Source of the DNA: Octopus sinensis
Taxonomy: Eukaryota
Direction: 5' to 3'
Assembly: GCF_006345805.1 (NCBI RefSeq)
Contig: NC_043002.1
Coordinates: 34,906,001 to 34,970,000, forward strand
Length of the DNA: 64,000 bases
Numbering within the stretch: position 1 is the first letter of the stretch; each line of letters opens with the position of its first letter. The translations under genes and the position numbers were made by a program. The notes under the pieces were generated by a model, which saw nothing but the letters and a program-made list of their open reading frames with translations, was not told where the DNA came from and made no database searches. Below are positions 39,911 to 53,298 of this stretch, piece after piece.

Positions 39911-41294
39911 GAGGGCCATTTGTGATGACTAGGAAGAAATGAAGTAAGCATACTTCACCAAATGTTTACTGCTAATGTGCATGAGTGAAATAATATTAAT
40001 GAATTCCCTTTGCCTAATAAGTGACCTCATATCAGATGCTTGTTGAAACTGAAGAAGTTACATCTTGGAACATCCAGTTTACCATTTAAAAAATATAAAA
40101 TGAAGAGACACTTTAGCAACTAATTCGATAACTATTAAATTCATTTTTTAATTTTCTCATTGTACAATTGTAACCTGGTCAGAGATTGGTCAACTTAGTC
40201 ATGTGTGTGGTTGTTAGTCCTATCTGCTTTTACTGTTCTTGTATCAAATATGCATGTGTTGACAATAACTATTCTATGATTCATTTGAGTTTCCAGGTAT
40301 TATATTTATGACCACTTTATTTGTACATTCAACAAATTAAACGTACAATACATATGCACATTCAATAAATTAATTAATTTTGTGTAAGGGGTACAGGGCA
40401 TATAAATCATTGCATATAATGAGTATTTATTGATTGACACAGCTAATGAATGTCTGTAAATAGGAGAGAAAGATAAGTGAGTTGAGAGACTACCAGATAA
40501 GATAAACAACTGATTTGTGAAAATCTTGAAGTAGCTTTAAGTTGAAATAGCTTGCCTTTAAGTAACTATCAGCACAGAACATTCTAGAATCTGTTTGATG
40601 GGAAAATTTGCTTGCTTCCTCTTAAGTTGCCACTTTAGTCATAAATAAGTCAGCAGTGTTGATTGGCCAGACTATATTCCAATTGGCATTAGGACATTTT
40701 ATGATGTCTCTTTTCCTTTTATGGAAATATATCATGCTATGAACTATGGTTCAAATTTCAGCTGGGTTCTCACCACAGTGTTTATTATTTTGGCGTATTA
40801 ATAAAATAAAGTACTAGGAGTGATATAATTTCTGGCCTTGTGCCTGAGTTAGAAATTATTATTAGAAGCCTAAGAGTGTTGGATTGGCAGAATCATTAGA
40901 GTATCAGACAAAATGCCCTGTGGTATTTGTAGAGGCTCTTTACATTCTGAGTTCAAATCCTCTCTGAGGTCAACTTATTATTGATTCATTATAATTGATT
41001 GTTTCCTACCTCCAAATTTCTTTTCTGTGCCTTTGTTACAATTAATTATTATTAGTAGTAGACTCTCTGGTCAGAAATAACATGTTAAGTGTGCTAGATA
41101 TCAGAGCAAATGTAATGCTTCATTTTTAACAATTAATTATATACTGCTAGAGAATTCATAATTAATTATTTATAAACTGCTAGAGAATTAATTAATTATA
41201 AACTGCTTGAGAATTCATTTTAATGGACAATAAATTACAAAATAATAATAAAAAAAAAAGCATGCATACTTGACTCTTTCAATTATTCCCATCA

Positions 41295-41790
41295 TTATCA
41301 TCCAGTGTTTTAAATCCGGGTTTTGTCCCCGCTAACAGGGGTGGTCGGATCTACCTCAATGCCATAGCAACCGCCTCCACACCATCTCACCATCTTGCCT
41401 GGTTTTGGGCATCCTCGTTTTTCAAACCAACCCTCCCAATCTCCTCCTCCTTCACCTTTTCCTTGGTCTACCTTGCTTTCGTGCTCCATTTACCTCAAAC
41501 CCGGTCACCCTCCTCAGAATATGCTCTTCATCCCTCTTCAACACATGCCCATACTACCTCACTCCATTCACCCTTGCCAACCATTCCACCGATTCCTCCA
41601 ACCCCATCATCCCCATCAAATCCTCAGTCCTCTAATCAAACAGCTTCACCCCACACATTTCTCTCACCATTGCTCTCTCAGTCCTTCTCAAAATTACCAT
41701 CTCTCTCACCCTCAGACACCATGTCTCACTCCCATACAGCATTTCAGCTCTCACACAACTCTTATAGACCCTTCCTTTCATCTTTAATTA
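41295..41790 (-). mobile_element. 3' fragment of a second RTE family
   Basis: Minus strand translates LKMKGRVYKSCVRAEMLYGSETWCLR...YGHVLKRDEEHILRR...RKQGRPRK, with stops. Confidence 0.8.
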
Positions 41791-42904
41791 TATACTAAGA
41801 ATATAACAAGAGAAAATACTGTAGTTAATCTTTCAAGCGTTTTGAGGTATCACATCACAAATCTTTGTGGCATTACAGCGAATGATGGCGAGGCAGAGAT
41901 ACTGGAACAGCCAAGTACACTCTCAAGTATCACCTGATACTTTAGATATCAATGACTGTCAGTGGCTCATCTCTTGAATGCCATGAGTTAAAGATGTAAT
42001 TCACAAACAAATTATGGTATTTTAGTATCTTGATGTCCCATATGTGACACATTGCCTCTTGTTGAAGAATAACCCCACACCAAAACAACAGTAGCTCCCA
42101 CGAAACCGTCACAGCACACAAAATGTTACCTCACCATTTTATACGTCTTGTGTGTGTTCTGAAAATCTTTGATAAAGACTTTTATATCAAAACTATTTTC
42201 AATGTCCTCAGAAACAGTATCAAGATATAGTAATAGATGGGGGGGGGGGAACACGCATTATATATCACTCCGGGCATTTCTTTAGCTTTTAGGTTGTTTT
42301 CAAATGCTGCTGAGGTCGTCTTTGCCTGTCATCCTTTTGAGGATCGGTAAAATAAGTACCAACTGATATAATCGATATTTCTTTTATTCCTTTGGTCTTT
42401 TATTTGACTGCGACTATGCTGGAGCCCCGCCTTTAGTGGAACAAATCGACTCCAGGACTTATTCTTTGTAAGCCTAGTACTTATTCTTTCGGCCTCTTTT
42501 GTCAAACCGCAAAGTTACGGGGACGTAAACACACCAGCATCGGTTGTCAAGCGATGCTGTGGACACGCACGCACACATACACACACACACACACGGGTAG
42601 ATTACTGAAAGCAGTAGATTATTGCCTTTATGTCCCTCTTTTCAAATTACTGGTCTTGTGAAAAAAGAAAAACAAAAATGAAATAATTTTATTCCTCTAC
42701 GTTTGGGCGTTAGCACATAATATAAAAGAGTTAGCACATAATATAAAACACCCGATTCTTCATATAATGAGTTCAAATCCTATCGCAGTAAACATATTTC
42801 GATCATTCTTCAAGTGTCAACAAAAATGTATCAGTCACGTACTGTAATCTTAGCCACCTAAAGCTCTCTCACCAAATTTCTGTACTTATGCTTTCTATGT
42901 CGGT

Positions 42905-43095
42905 TTCAAATTTTAGCACAAGATCAGCAATTTCGGGGCAGGGGATAAGTCTCAACTTGTACTTATTTTATCGACCCTGAAAGGATAAAAGTCAAAACCG
43001 AGCTCGGCGGAATTTGAACTCAGAACGTGAGGACGGACGAAATGCTACTAAACACTGCCCTGCAATGAGAACGATCCTGTTAGCTTGTCGCTTAC
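42905..43095 (-). mobile_element. SINE family S1
   Basis: Reverse complement of the 1576 element (GAATTTGAACTCAGAACG, TTTATCGACCC). Confidence 0.7.
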
Positions 43096-43442
43096 ATCTT
43101 TTATATTACATCTAACTGTTTCCGCCATTGAAGAGTCACTTGATTCTTCTGTCTCAAGTCATATTCGAAAATGTTTTAAAAGGAAATACATATTAATGTC
43201 ATTCTAAATGTTCAGAATATCAACTGCACGACCATGAATGCAAGATATTTAATGATCGGTCAATTGAATAAGAGCTGAATGGAGTTTAAACATTATTCAT
43301 CCCTACTCCACAAATAAGTCATTGCTAAAATAAACATGCCGATAGGGTACCGAATAACTGGTAAAAGGATTTTTAACGGTAGGTAATATCGCAAAGTTAG
43401 CTTCAGAATTGAACAACTCGTGCAGTATTAGAGTGAAAAATA

Positions 43443-43660
43443 AGGCGGCGGGCTGGCAGAATCGTTTGCACCCGGGCAAAATGGTTAGTGGCATGTCGCC
43501 CGTCTTTACGTTCTGAATTCAAATTCCGCCGAGGTTGACTTTGCTTTTCATTCTTTCGGGAATCGATGACATAAGTACTAAGTTGGGCACTGGGGTCAAT
43601 GTAATGAAATTATCTCCAATTCCGAAATTGCTGGCCTTATATCAAAATTTAAAATCAATA
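43443..43660 (+). mobile_element. SINE family S1
   Basis: GGCGGCGGGCTGGCAGAATCG head and GAATTCAAATTCCGCCGAGG. Further diverged copies at ~18180, ~27117, ~27860, ~40883 and ~43905. Confidence 0.75.
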
Positions 43661-44345
43661 TTAGAGTGAAGAAAAATAGCCTGCAATGAATCAAAGATTA
43701 CGTTAATGATATAAGGGGAATAACTCTTCAATCTCTATATTAAATGGTAGTTTACGGCTTTCTTGATTCTACAATAACCGATTTTTCCTAAACTTACAAA
43801 CGTTGAATAGAAATTATCATCCATTTTTTCGAAAGGGACAAAAAACTGTTGAACACCATACAATGTTGACCTAAAAATTACTTGATATTTTTCGGAACAG
43901 TGAGGCTGCTTTCGAAAGCAGGTCAAGTCAACTTTGTCAGAATTTGAACTTAGAATAATAAGAGTCAAAGAGAAATGCCTCTAAGCAGTTTGTCCAATGT
44001 GCTAACGATTCTGTCAGATCACTTCTTTATGTAGAGACTATAATACTAAATCTTCCAGCAGTTTTTCCTTACTTATCTAGTGAAATAAGGAATCATTAGC
44101 TATGCTTTGTTCGTTGCTTATATTTTGAATAATACCTTACAGATGGATATATAAAATATCAAACTAACTCATGTTCCAATATAGGGATCTTTTCCTTTTG
44201 AACGGCAGTTTTCAACACAATTTCTAGTTAACTAAACACTTTTAAACTTCGTATACTGGTAGAATGTGTCAAAATAAAACATCTTTTTCTCTTGGCTTTC
44301 TTGAGAAAATTGTAATTTGTAAGTTTAATGTAGTTTAATTTTTCG

Positions 44346-45790
44346 AATTTCCACAACTGTGCACAGTTTCTCTTCCCTATCTCAAATCATTATATCAGGT
44401 CTGTTGTGCTTATTGAGGTCTTCCCTGGTACATTCTACCAGTATTCCTTTTTATTATGAGTGGCTATGGCTTCTACCACACTGTGGTTTCTTATTTCTTT
44501 GTCCTCAAGATTATCCTTCTGATGGATTTCATTATAGAGTGTCCTAGCTGCAACGTCGTGTCTCATCAGTAGATAATACGATGATGACATTTTTGGACAA
44601 CTACTTATGATTTTCATTGTGAACTCCACAAAGTCTGCATTAATTGTCACATTTTACAGCTTTTCCTGCATCTCTATTCCTTTTGTGCATCAGGCACTTG
44701 GTTGATATTTCCTGTTCCTGGATTGCAAATGCATATCCTTCAAAGTGAGAGGTAGTAATCCGGTTATTGGTCCATGAAAACTGCTTTGATGATCAATTTT
44801 TCTATCATCACGGAGCTTTCTACTAACATATCCATGCATAATCTTCTGCTCATAAAGGCTCATCCTTTCCTCTTATAACATGTGGCGGTAGAGTCATGCA
44901 ATTTCCTTGCGCATGTATTCTAGGTTATCAGACAAAGAGTGTTGCTCAAGGAGCTGCCTTCCAAATCTTATGATGTTATATGCAAATTTGGTCAAGAGAT
45001 GCACTTGGTGGCTAAAAGATATTGCTGAAGAGATATGATGTGACATTCAAAGGCATTTTGGATTGATGTTAAGCCTTTACTGCCTTGTATACATTTTAAG
45101 TAGAGGCAGTTTACATCACTGTTTATGTGGAAATTATGTGTGCTTGTTAGTATTTTTTGAGTTTTCACATCAATGGCTCAGATCTCAACAAGCATCCAGT
45201 CAAGCAGCCCAAATGTTTGTATGAGTACCGGCACTGTAAACACATTGTGAGCCACTGTTTTATTGAGTGTAGAGAGTTCTGAGGTCCAAATTCGGCTGTA
45301 ATATTCTTTAGTGACATGTGTTTTGTTACTGGTGCCATTGTAAGATACATTCTTTCTAGCTGTTTGTTTTGTTGTGATAATGTTATTGGTTTCACAATGG
45401 TTCTGGAGGAAGAGGTTCTAAACATGCTGTATATATCTTATACATTAGTTCTGACATGCAATTGGCCAGTAGTTTTTTTGCCATGTGGTTCTGTATTTGG
45501 GGATCAATTTTGTCTCTGGTAGAGCTAACCAGTGTGGTATGCTACTGTTCCCAATGAAAGCTTGCTGGTACAGATTGATATGATATGGTCATTAGAATGT
45601 TAGCTTCTTGTACCAATATCCAACAATCAAGTCTCTTTCAGGTGCTATTCTTTCCTGGAGTTTCTGGATCACAGTTGCAAGAGTTTCACCATCAATATTG
45701 CATGACTTGGGGATGTAATGTAGGAACAATAACTTCTTCGGATTTCTTCCAGCCACAGAGCATTTTGTTAAATTCCTTCTCTTTACTCCA
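44346..45790 (-). mobile_element. Degenerate R4/Dong-like non-LTR retrotransposon (restriction-like endonuclease type) with an internal RT deletion
   Basis: Minus strand gives APERDLIVGYWYKKL (RT N-terminus), TLNKTVAHNVFTVPV..TFG..DW...EI.AIDVKT, EGYAFAIQEQEIST, IISSCPKMSS.YY.MRHD (CCHC) and HNRPDIMI.DREEKLCTVVEI (PD-D/E nuclease). Confidence 0.8.
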
Positions 45791-45794
45791 GGAG

Positions 45795-46188
45795 TGTATG
45801 TATGTATGTATGTATGTATGTATGTATGTATGTATGTATGCATGCATGCATGTATGCATGTATGTATGTATGCATGTACGTATGGATGCACGTATGTATG
45901 CATGTATATATACACGCATGTATGTATACATGTATATATGCATGCATGTATGTATGTATGTATGTATGTATGTATGTATGTATGTGTGTGTGTGTGTATG
46001 TGTGTATGTATGTATGTATGTATGTATGTATGTATGTATGTATGTGTGTGTGTGTGTGTATGTGTGTATGTATGTATGTATGTATGTGTGTGTGTGTGTG
46101 TATGTGTGTATGTATGTATGTATGTATGTATGTATGTATGTGTGTATGTGTGTATGTATGTATGTATGTATGTATGTATGTATGTATG
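45795..46188. repeat. (TATG)n/(TG)n compound microsatellite
   Basis: Direct reading. Confidence 0.95.
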
Positions 46189-47664
46189 TTTGATTATCTC
46201 TGTTTATAGGATTTGCAAGCTTTGACATGGTTGATATGTGTACATTACAACACTGCAACTGTCACAACTATATTTGAAAGAGATTTGGCTACTATTTCTA
46301 GCATGTTAGCAACCACATGAAACTCCTTTGTTGTCTGGATAGAGGCAAAAGGACAGACATATATAAATACAGACAGAAATAAACGTAAGAGAGACGAGGC
46401 TGACTGACGGACATATTGACAACATTTGAGATACCGTAAAACACGAGTTGTTTAGCTTCACGTCAGCTTTGAACGATCTGATCTATGTTGAACAGTGGTC
46501 TGTTTATGACCATTATATCTTTTGATATTGTGTATTTATTATCTCTACCCCTTAATTCAGAATGGGTGTGATTTAATAGGAATTTAACTGCTATTACGTG
46601 TATGCCGAGCCACCACAATGTCTCTCTGGTATAATAAACTTAAAGAGTTATTCCCCTTGGTCTGTCTAGCTCTAAGGCATAGCTAAAAATCTATCCTCGT
46701 TACGACTGTTCGGAACGAATGGAATATACTGTAAATACACCTTCGAGTAGACTCTTGTATATATATATGCATGTATGTATTTAAACAAGATTCAGTTGAA
46801 TAAGTTGGGGAACCTAGTTAAGTCGGCATAAAATGCAGACACAACAATTTTTATATGAATACCAGCCTTGGTACAGAAGTACTGGCAGAATGATATTGAG
46901 GTAATGTATGCAGTCAATTTAACCCAACAGAGTATATAATCCGCTCTTGAGCTATTCAGACATGTGCATTTTATTAAATATACAGTCTATAATATACTTC
47001 AGAACTCGCCAGGGTCATGTTCTGAGATAGATGAATCAAAAATAAATAAGTAACAACTGAAGGGCAGGTGTCAATCTATTACGGCTGTTTCTAATGAATT
47101 TTTTAATTGATAAATGAGTACATTATATCATTATAAAAAACCGTTTTCTTCAGATGAATACATGAATCTTACAACCAAAATAATTTTTTAAAATAATTCA
47201 AAAACCACAGCAACATACATATTCAATGAGTCTGCAACTAGTTTAGGCGCAGAATGTATGTAGGTATAAATGCCAGAAAGGTTCCTTCTCAGAACAATAA
47301 AGAGTCATTCTGGAAAAAAAAAATCTGGCATGAGATAATGGAAGTTAATGAGAGTTCGAGGTTGTTCGAGGAAATCCGAAACAAATATTGTCTGCGTGTT
47401 AAACTACAAGCATACAATACACCGACGAGGCCTTTGAGACTGTAATTAAAAGACCTCAGGATCGAAAAGCCTCAGGATGGGACAGGCTTGTTGGATACTA
47501 GTACAAAAAGTAACAACAAAAAACAAACAAAAAATCTTTTATTGGCGGTAGCTTATTGATTTATATCAACAAGCACTCAGTGGAAATTATAAACATCCCA
47601 AGATAGTCAACGCAAGCAGAAACAAAATTGACAACCCCTAAACAATGCAAATCATCTGAGAACT

Positions 47665-49247
47665 ACTGGCTGGCGAAGCGCATACCAGAATTTCATTTAT
47701 CCGTTCTGTCTGTCTGTCTGTGTGTGTGTGTGTCCTCTAGGATCTCGAGCATCCTCCATCCGATTGCGCTCAAATTTGATATGTAGATACCCACGGTATC
47801 AGGGCGTGTATAAGTCTTGAAAAAATTACAAAAATCGATTCCAGGTGAGAATGCAATCGATAAAGCCGTGGGAACGTGTATTTGTACGCGCATGTACATC
47901 AGCTGTTGTGATCGATACTACGCGTACGCGAGAAAAATGCACGTGTAGTTTGCGTAAAAAAAAGCCGGCTGGCTTGAAATAATGCCACAAAATGCAGTAT
48001 ATTTAAGAGACCAAAAAAGTAAGATGCAAAACTTGTCATGAAAGAAGGAAAGACTATTTGGTTTCTCAAGAAGTTTTTTTTTTTGCCTTAACTTCGTTTA
48101 ACAAAACCAGAAATTTTATTGAAATAAAGGCTTGCTTAATTATTTTTTAATGAAAAGAAAACAACTGATTGCTTTTTATTCAGCAGATATGATTCAGCAC
48201 CGTTCATTGGCCGGGGGGCGTTTTGCTCGTAAAATATATAAGCCTGTCTGTGCCTATTCTTTTAGATTACTGTGATAATAAATATTAATGTAGGTGTGAG
48301 TTGAAACCAAACCGCTAGGTAACGAATCATACATCAAGACAGAATCACAATAGTTTCACGTGATCGGTATTTTAAGCCACCAATCAGCGTCAGGCTATCG
48401 CGCGATTCAATCTTCTAGAGTCTTCGGATTTTTTTCTGTTTGGCTGCACCTGTAAAACTTTTAAGATTTGGTGTATTCATGTAATTTTCCACGCTGAAAC
48501 TCAGGGACTAATTCACTTTTTCCAGAATTTTATTTTTTAAAGTTACAGCGGTTTGATAATTTTTATCTAGTCAGAAAGCAGGATTTGGAAGCTGTCCTTT
48601 CGTGCGGACTGCACTCATTAAATGAAATATTGGCGGAATTCTGCTTCACGCACGCCATATAACCCCTCATGACTTTTTTTATTTTAGGAATTTTCAAAAA
48701 ATTTTTACGGATTTGTATTCTACACACGAGAATTCATACGATTATGAAAAGTGATTTAAAGCCTATTTAGCTATTATTTTTAGCACATCTCACAGCCACC
48801 TCATACCTCAAGTATTTTAAGCATTTAATAGGCGAAAAATGACCACGTAAGTAAGCAGCTTGGTAACAAATTGGAAACAGGCACGTGTATGTTATCCAAA
48901 ATTTGCAAACTTTAAAAGCTATTAATTCTTTATCTATTGGTTTATGGCGAAAATGAATTTCTTGTCAATGATTACCATACAAAACTACCCTAGTACATCA
49001 AATATTAAATCAAGTGGAACAAAAATTGAAGAAATTGAAAAGTGGCAGCCAACAGAAAAGATCTTAATCTTCTTCTTGCGCCTTATAAAAAAGCCGCTTT
49101 TGTCAGTAATTGCAGGATGTTGAGGCAGCTGCGCGATGTGTTTCCACTCTGACCACAGCTAGACGAGACTCAAGAAGACAATTAAGACAGATAGCAGATA
49201 GACGACTGGAATTTCCGTCGCCACGAATGTAGGACACTTGTTACTAG
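47665..49247 (+). mobile_element. Possible Helitron/HINE (DINE-1-like) non-autonomous element
   Basis: 5' part has a short inverted repeat (CTGG...CCAG around GCGAAGC), (CTGT)n and CCGATT..CTCAAATTT. 3' part has an imperfect hairpin followed by CTAG/T at 49244-49248. The two ends may not belong to one element. Confidence 0.35.
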
Positions 49248-49511
49248 TTATGTTGGGCTAGCCACATGTTACTGCAGTAAGTTTGAAGCAAACTCCAAGC
49301 AGTATATCTCTCCCAGTATGTAAATATTGGTGTTGTCATTTGTAAAATACCAACGCTACTGGACTCTGTGTACGATAATAAACGCTTGTGTTAAATGTTC
49401 GCGGTTGTCGTTCAGTTACTTTTTCACGCAGCCAAGATACACATTTTCATTCATCAACTCAACCAGTCATCGCCTCAAACCAGCCAACAAACACGCGACA
49501 TTATCATCATC

Positions 49512-49545
<34 letters not shown>

Positions 49546-49546
<1 letters not shown>

Positions 49547-49760
49547 TTAATCCAAACATGAAAGCACAAAAAAAAACACAACAACGCGAGGACGTGGAAC
49601 AAATATGGTATCATTGAACGCTCAGGAAAGAAGGAAAGAAGGAGGGTTTAACGTTTCGAGCGGAGCTCTTCGTCGGAAACATAGGAGAAGGAAAGATCCA
49701 GAGAAGGGAAGACAGAGGAAAAAAATTGCCAACGGTACACACGCGGTCACGTAGGGAAGA
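49546..49760 (-). mobile_element. ~210-bp mini-element next to (TA)n with a hammerhead-like motif (49646-49680)
   Basis: Minus strand reads gttt-CCGACGA-A-GAGC-TCC-GCTC-GAAAC-GTT-aaac. Confidence 0.5.
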
Positions 49761-50236
49761 GGATTTGAAAATACAGAGGTCTTTTAAAATGTTTATTGAC
49801 TAGATCGGTTTCGCTTTTTTTAAAAAAAGATTTTCAAAAGTAAACTGCAAGACTTTGTGTAGCCTTTGTGATGTTAAAAATCAATTAATATACATGTATT
49901 AAAATACAGTGATAGAGTCATTGACAACGATAAGAAAATGTTAAGAGAGACTTTGCATTCAAACAGTTTACATAAATGTGCTCAAAATAGGCAGTAAAAT
50001 AAGTTCCTAATTAAGTTCATCAGAAATCATAATTGTTTATAAGCCTATATACAGAAAGAATTTGTAGACAGTATTTGATAGGAGAAGGCGTGTATTGCTT
50101 TATCAAATGTTCATCAGAAATCGTAATTGTTTCAAGGATTTTGGAGGAATGACCGACCTTTTTCTTTCATCTTCAGTCTTGCATATATATATTCTTTTAC
50201 TGTTATTCTTTTACTTGTTTCAGTCATTTGACTCTG

Positions 50237-50628
50237 GCCACGATTGTCAGATAATTTCTGTGACAACATCAACCCTAACATCTGGCCACTTAGCTCCTCA
50301 GACAATACCTCACTTGATTATTATGTGTGGGGCGCAGTTGAGCGAGAGACCAACAAAACTCCTTGTAACACCAAAGATGAACTGAAGGCAAGAATAATGG
50401 CAGCATTCACCCACTTAAACAAGGAGACAGTCTAGAAGAGTTGCAGGAGATTCCGAAGTCGTCTGGAGACTATGGTTGAAATTAATGGCGATTTTATTGA
50501 ATAAATTTACTCTTTAGTATTTCCAGATATTTTTATGTAATTTTTGGTAAATATATTTGTTAAAATGAAATATAAGCGTTATTTTCATGTTTGCGTAATT
50601 TAGACGACAGTTTATTCACCGCACCCTG
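50237..50628 (+). mobile_element. 3' fragment of a Tc1/maT-like transposon
   Basis: WPLSS.D...LDYYVWGAVE...NTKDELKARI...RF.SRLE.MVE.NG C-terminus; ends TCACCGCACCCTG/TA. Confidence 0.75.
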
Positions 50629-51062
50629 TATATACACCACACACACTTTCTAAGTTGGGTCTATTAATATAAATATTTATATATTTATACTTAAATATTC
50701 ATCGTCTGAGAGCCCCCACCTTTTGCCTTCTCTCGTTATGCATGTATACATATTTTGTATTTAATACCGAAACTATTATATTTCATATATTTAATTTGTT
50801 TATCCGCATATTTGCCTCTATATCCGTTCAACTTGATCCCTCTCATAGCCATTCTTCACCCAGTGGAATCGATCCTGTGTAAAGACATCGGAATCTACGT
50901 TTGAATCTTTTGAGCACCAAGTGTCTTCTATACTGAGAATCTCTGGATCTCATCTGTGAACTAATTATTCCGTTTTTGTATTTGGTTTGCAAGGTTCTCA
51001 ATATGAACTCGTGTGTTGGCATAATGGCCCTCAGAGATACAACAAGGACTGTGTGTGCGTGC

Positions 51063-51124
<62 letters not shown>

Positions 51125-51129
51125 CGCCA

Positions 51130-51335
51130 TGTTGAATCGCTAGCTTCTGCACGCATTTTTTTCTCTCCTTGTTTCTCTCCGTGTTTCTTTTCTGTGTATC
51201 TTTCTGTTGAAGAGCGTAGGCTCGAAACGTAAAAGACTTGTTTTATTTATATTCCTGAGCGCCATACTAATACAATTGTTTGTTTGTACTCCACCTGCCT
51301 TCGTCTTTTGTTTATTTTCATAAAGTTTCCCGTTA
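51130..51335 (+). mobile_element. ~200-bp mini-element between (TA)n runs with a hammerhead-like motif (51199-51236)
   Basis: tcttt-CTGTTGA-A-GAGC-GTAG-GCTC-GAAAC-GTA-aaaga. Confidence 0.5.
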
Positions 51336-51459
51336 TATATATATATATATTCACTCACTCCTTTCTGTACATCTGTATATCTGATATCCTTTTTAGACAA
51401 GTTTAAATTAAGTGTAGAATATGTAATTAAAGTTCATATTAGCTATCCCCTATAGTTTC

Positions 51460-51499
<40 letters not shown>

Positions 51500-51571
51500 C
51501 CCATAATAACCTTACAACGATGAAAATGCCAGGCAGCTAGAAGAAAATGCATATCAGAGCAAAAGTTTTGT

Positions 51572-51665
51572 TGCCCGCAGAGGGACTCGAACCCCCGACC
51601 CTCAGATAACTTAACTGCTTCCTTTCATTAAAAGTCTGATGCTCTACCGACTGAGCTATGCAGGC
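51572..51665 (-). tRNA. tRNA-Lys(UUU), 21-nt intron (51608-51628), copy 1
   Basis: GCCTGCATAGCTCAGTCGGTAGAGCATCAGACTTTTA[ATGAAAGGAAGCAGTTAAGTT]ATCTGAGGGTCGGGGGTTCGAGTCCCTCTGCGGGCA. Full cloverleaf with two G-U wobbles and a T4 terminator downstream. Confidence 0.9.
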
Positions 51666-51971
51666 TTCCGACCTTCCGCTTTAACTTTTAGACAAATGAA
51701 ATATTTTGGACTCAGCTACACATTCCTTGTTAACTGAAACGATTGTTGCATAGAGCTGTCATCTGATATCTTACGTCACCCCGTAGTGATTACTAATAAT
51801 TCCTTCACATTTACTGCTGATATTTAATATAGTAATTCGTTCACTCATCAAGTCCCATCCTGGTAAAGTCATATTGGTCATTCAAAATGTATATACACTA
51901 CTCTCTTTCAATTATAATCCTTTCTACTCTAGGCACAAGGCCCGACATTGACAAAGTTACACTGAGTCTTA

Positions 51972-52266
51972 AAAATTCCCTTCGGTCACGAATGACCAAG
52001 AAAGTTCCTCTCCGAGTCACAAGTCCGGGCAAGGTTGTTTGTCGAATACCAGTCAGTCCTTTCCACAACGCTGATGTTGTCCAAGAAAACGACAAAGGCC
52101 GATTCAGTTTGGCAACAGTAATGTCGCAAATTATTTCTACTGCTAAGTGAACTGGAGCAATATGAAATGAAGTGTCTTGCTCAGAAACACAACTCATAGT
52201 CCGGTCTAGGAATCGAACTTACAACATCACGATTGTAAGCCCAATGTTCTAACCACTGAGCCATGC
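51972..52266 (-). mobile_element. SINE family S2 (diverged)
   Basis: Reverse complement of the 7184 element, including GCATGGCTCAGTGGTTAGA. Confidence 0.7.
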
Positions 52267-52693
52267 ATCTTCACAAAAAGGTCATCGTAAAGCCACAACG
52301 GAGAATCGAACTTTGTATCTCTCAAATTATCTTGAAAACACCTAATAATTTATAAACATCTAATGTTAAAGTGGAAAAATTATCAGAACATTTTTCTATT
52401 CAGTTTTGCAAATATAGAATACTGTACGATTGACTATTTGTTTTACTACTACTACTACTACTACGACTACTACTACTACAACACACACACACACGCACGT
52501 GTATCTCCCTTTGCAGGATAGAGGACGCCGTGATGGTGTCAAGCCTATCTGGCGACGTTGATGTTCGCCTGGGGCTAAATGCAACAGTAACACCCCCACC
52601 ACCCTGCCCTGTCCCTAGCCATATTCAGATGGCTTTAGTCCCTTATGTTATGGAGCAGTTACTGTCTATATCTCATTTAGAGAATTATTATTG

Positions 52694-52733
<40 letters not shown>

Positions 52734-53230
52734 ATAATTAAGGGTAAAATCAATTAGTTATTAATTAATTTCACCAAGTATTTCTCAGTATGTAAAAACC
52801 ATTCAAGGCGTATTCAAAATATTTCACGTGGATGGGAGGGGAAGGTACATAGATTCTTTACTTGCACTGTTTGAATTCGCTGGCACTATCAGTTTGGAGG
52901 TGTTCGTCTGAGGTGATTCATGTCGGATGAATATGTTCATTATTTTTAGTGCTTTCAAATCCAAACAAGAAATGTTGAGCTGACGAAAGAAATGTCGAGT
53001 TTTAATTCGGCTAATCTAGAAACGTTGAACGTTCTCAAATAATCTTTGTACTTGTGATATTTTGTTGTTTTCCCTCCATGTCTACGTGAGTTATTTTTGA
53101 GTAAGCACTTTCAGGGAGATTCTTCTTAAAGTAGTAGAAATGGCTAAACAAAAATTTTTTTTGGCTGCTATTTCTAAAAATTTCAGTATGTGGCAAAGTA
53201 AATTATTTTACTAAGCCCTTAATTATATAA

Positions 53231-53298
<68 letters not shown>

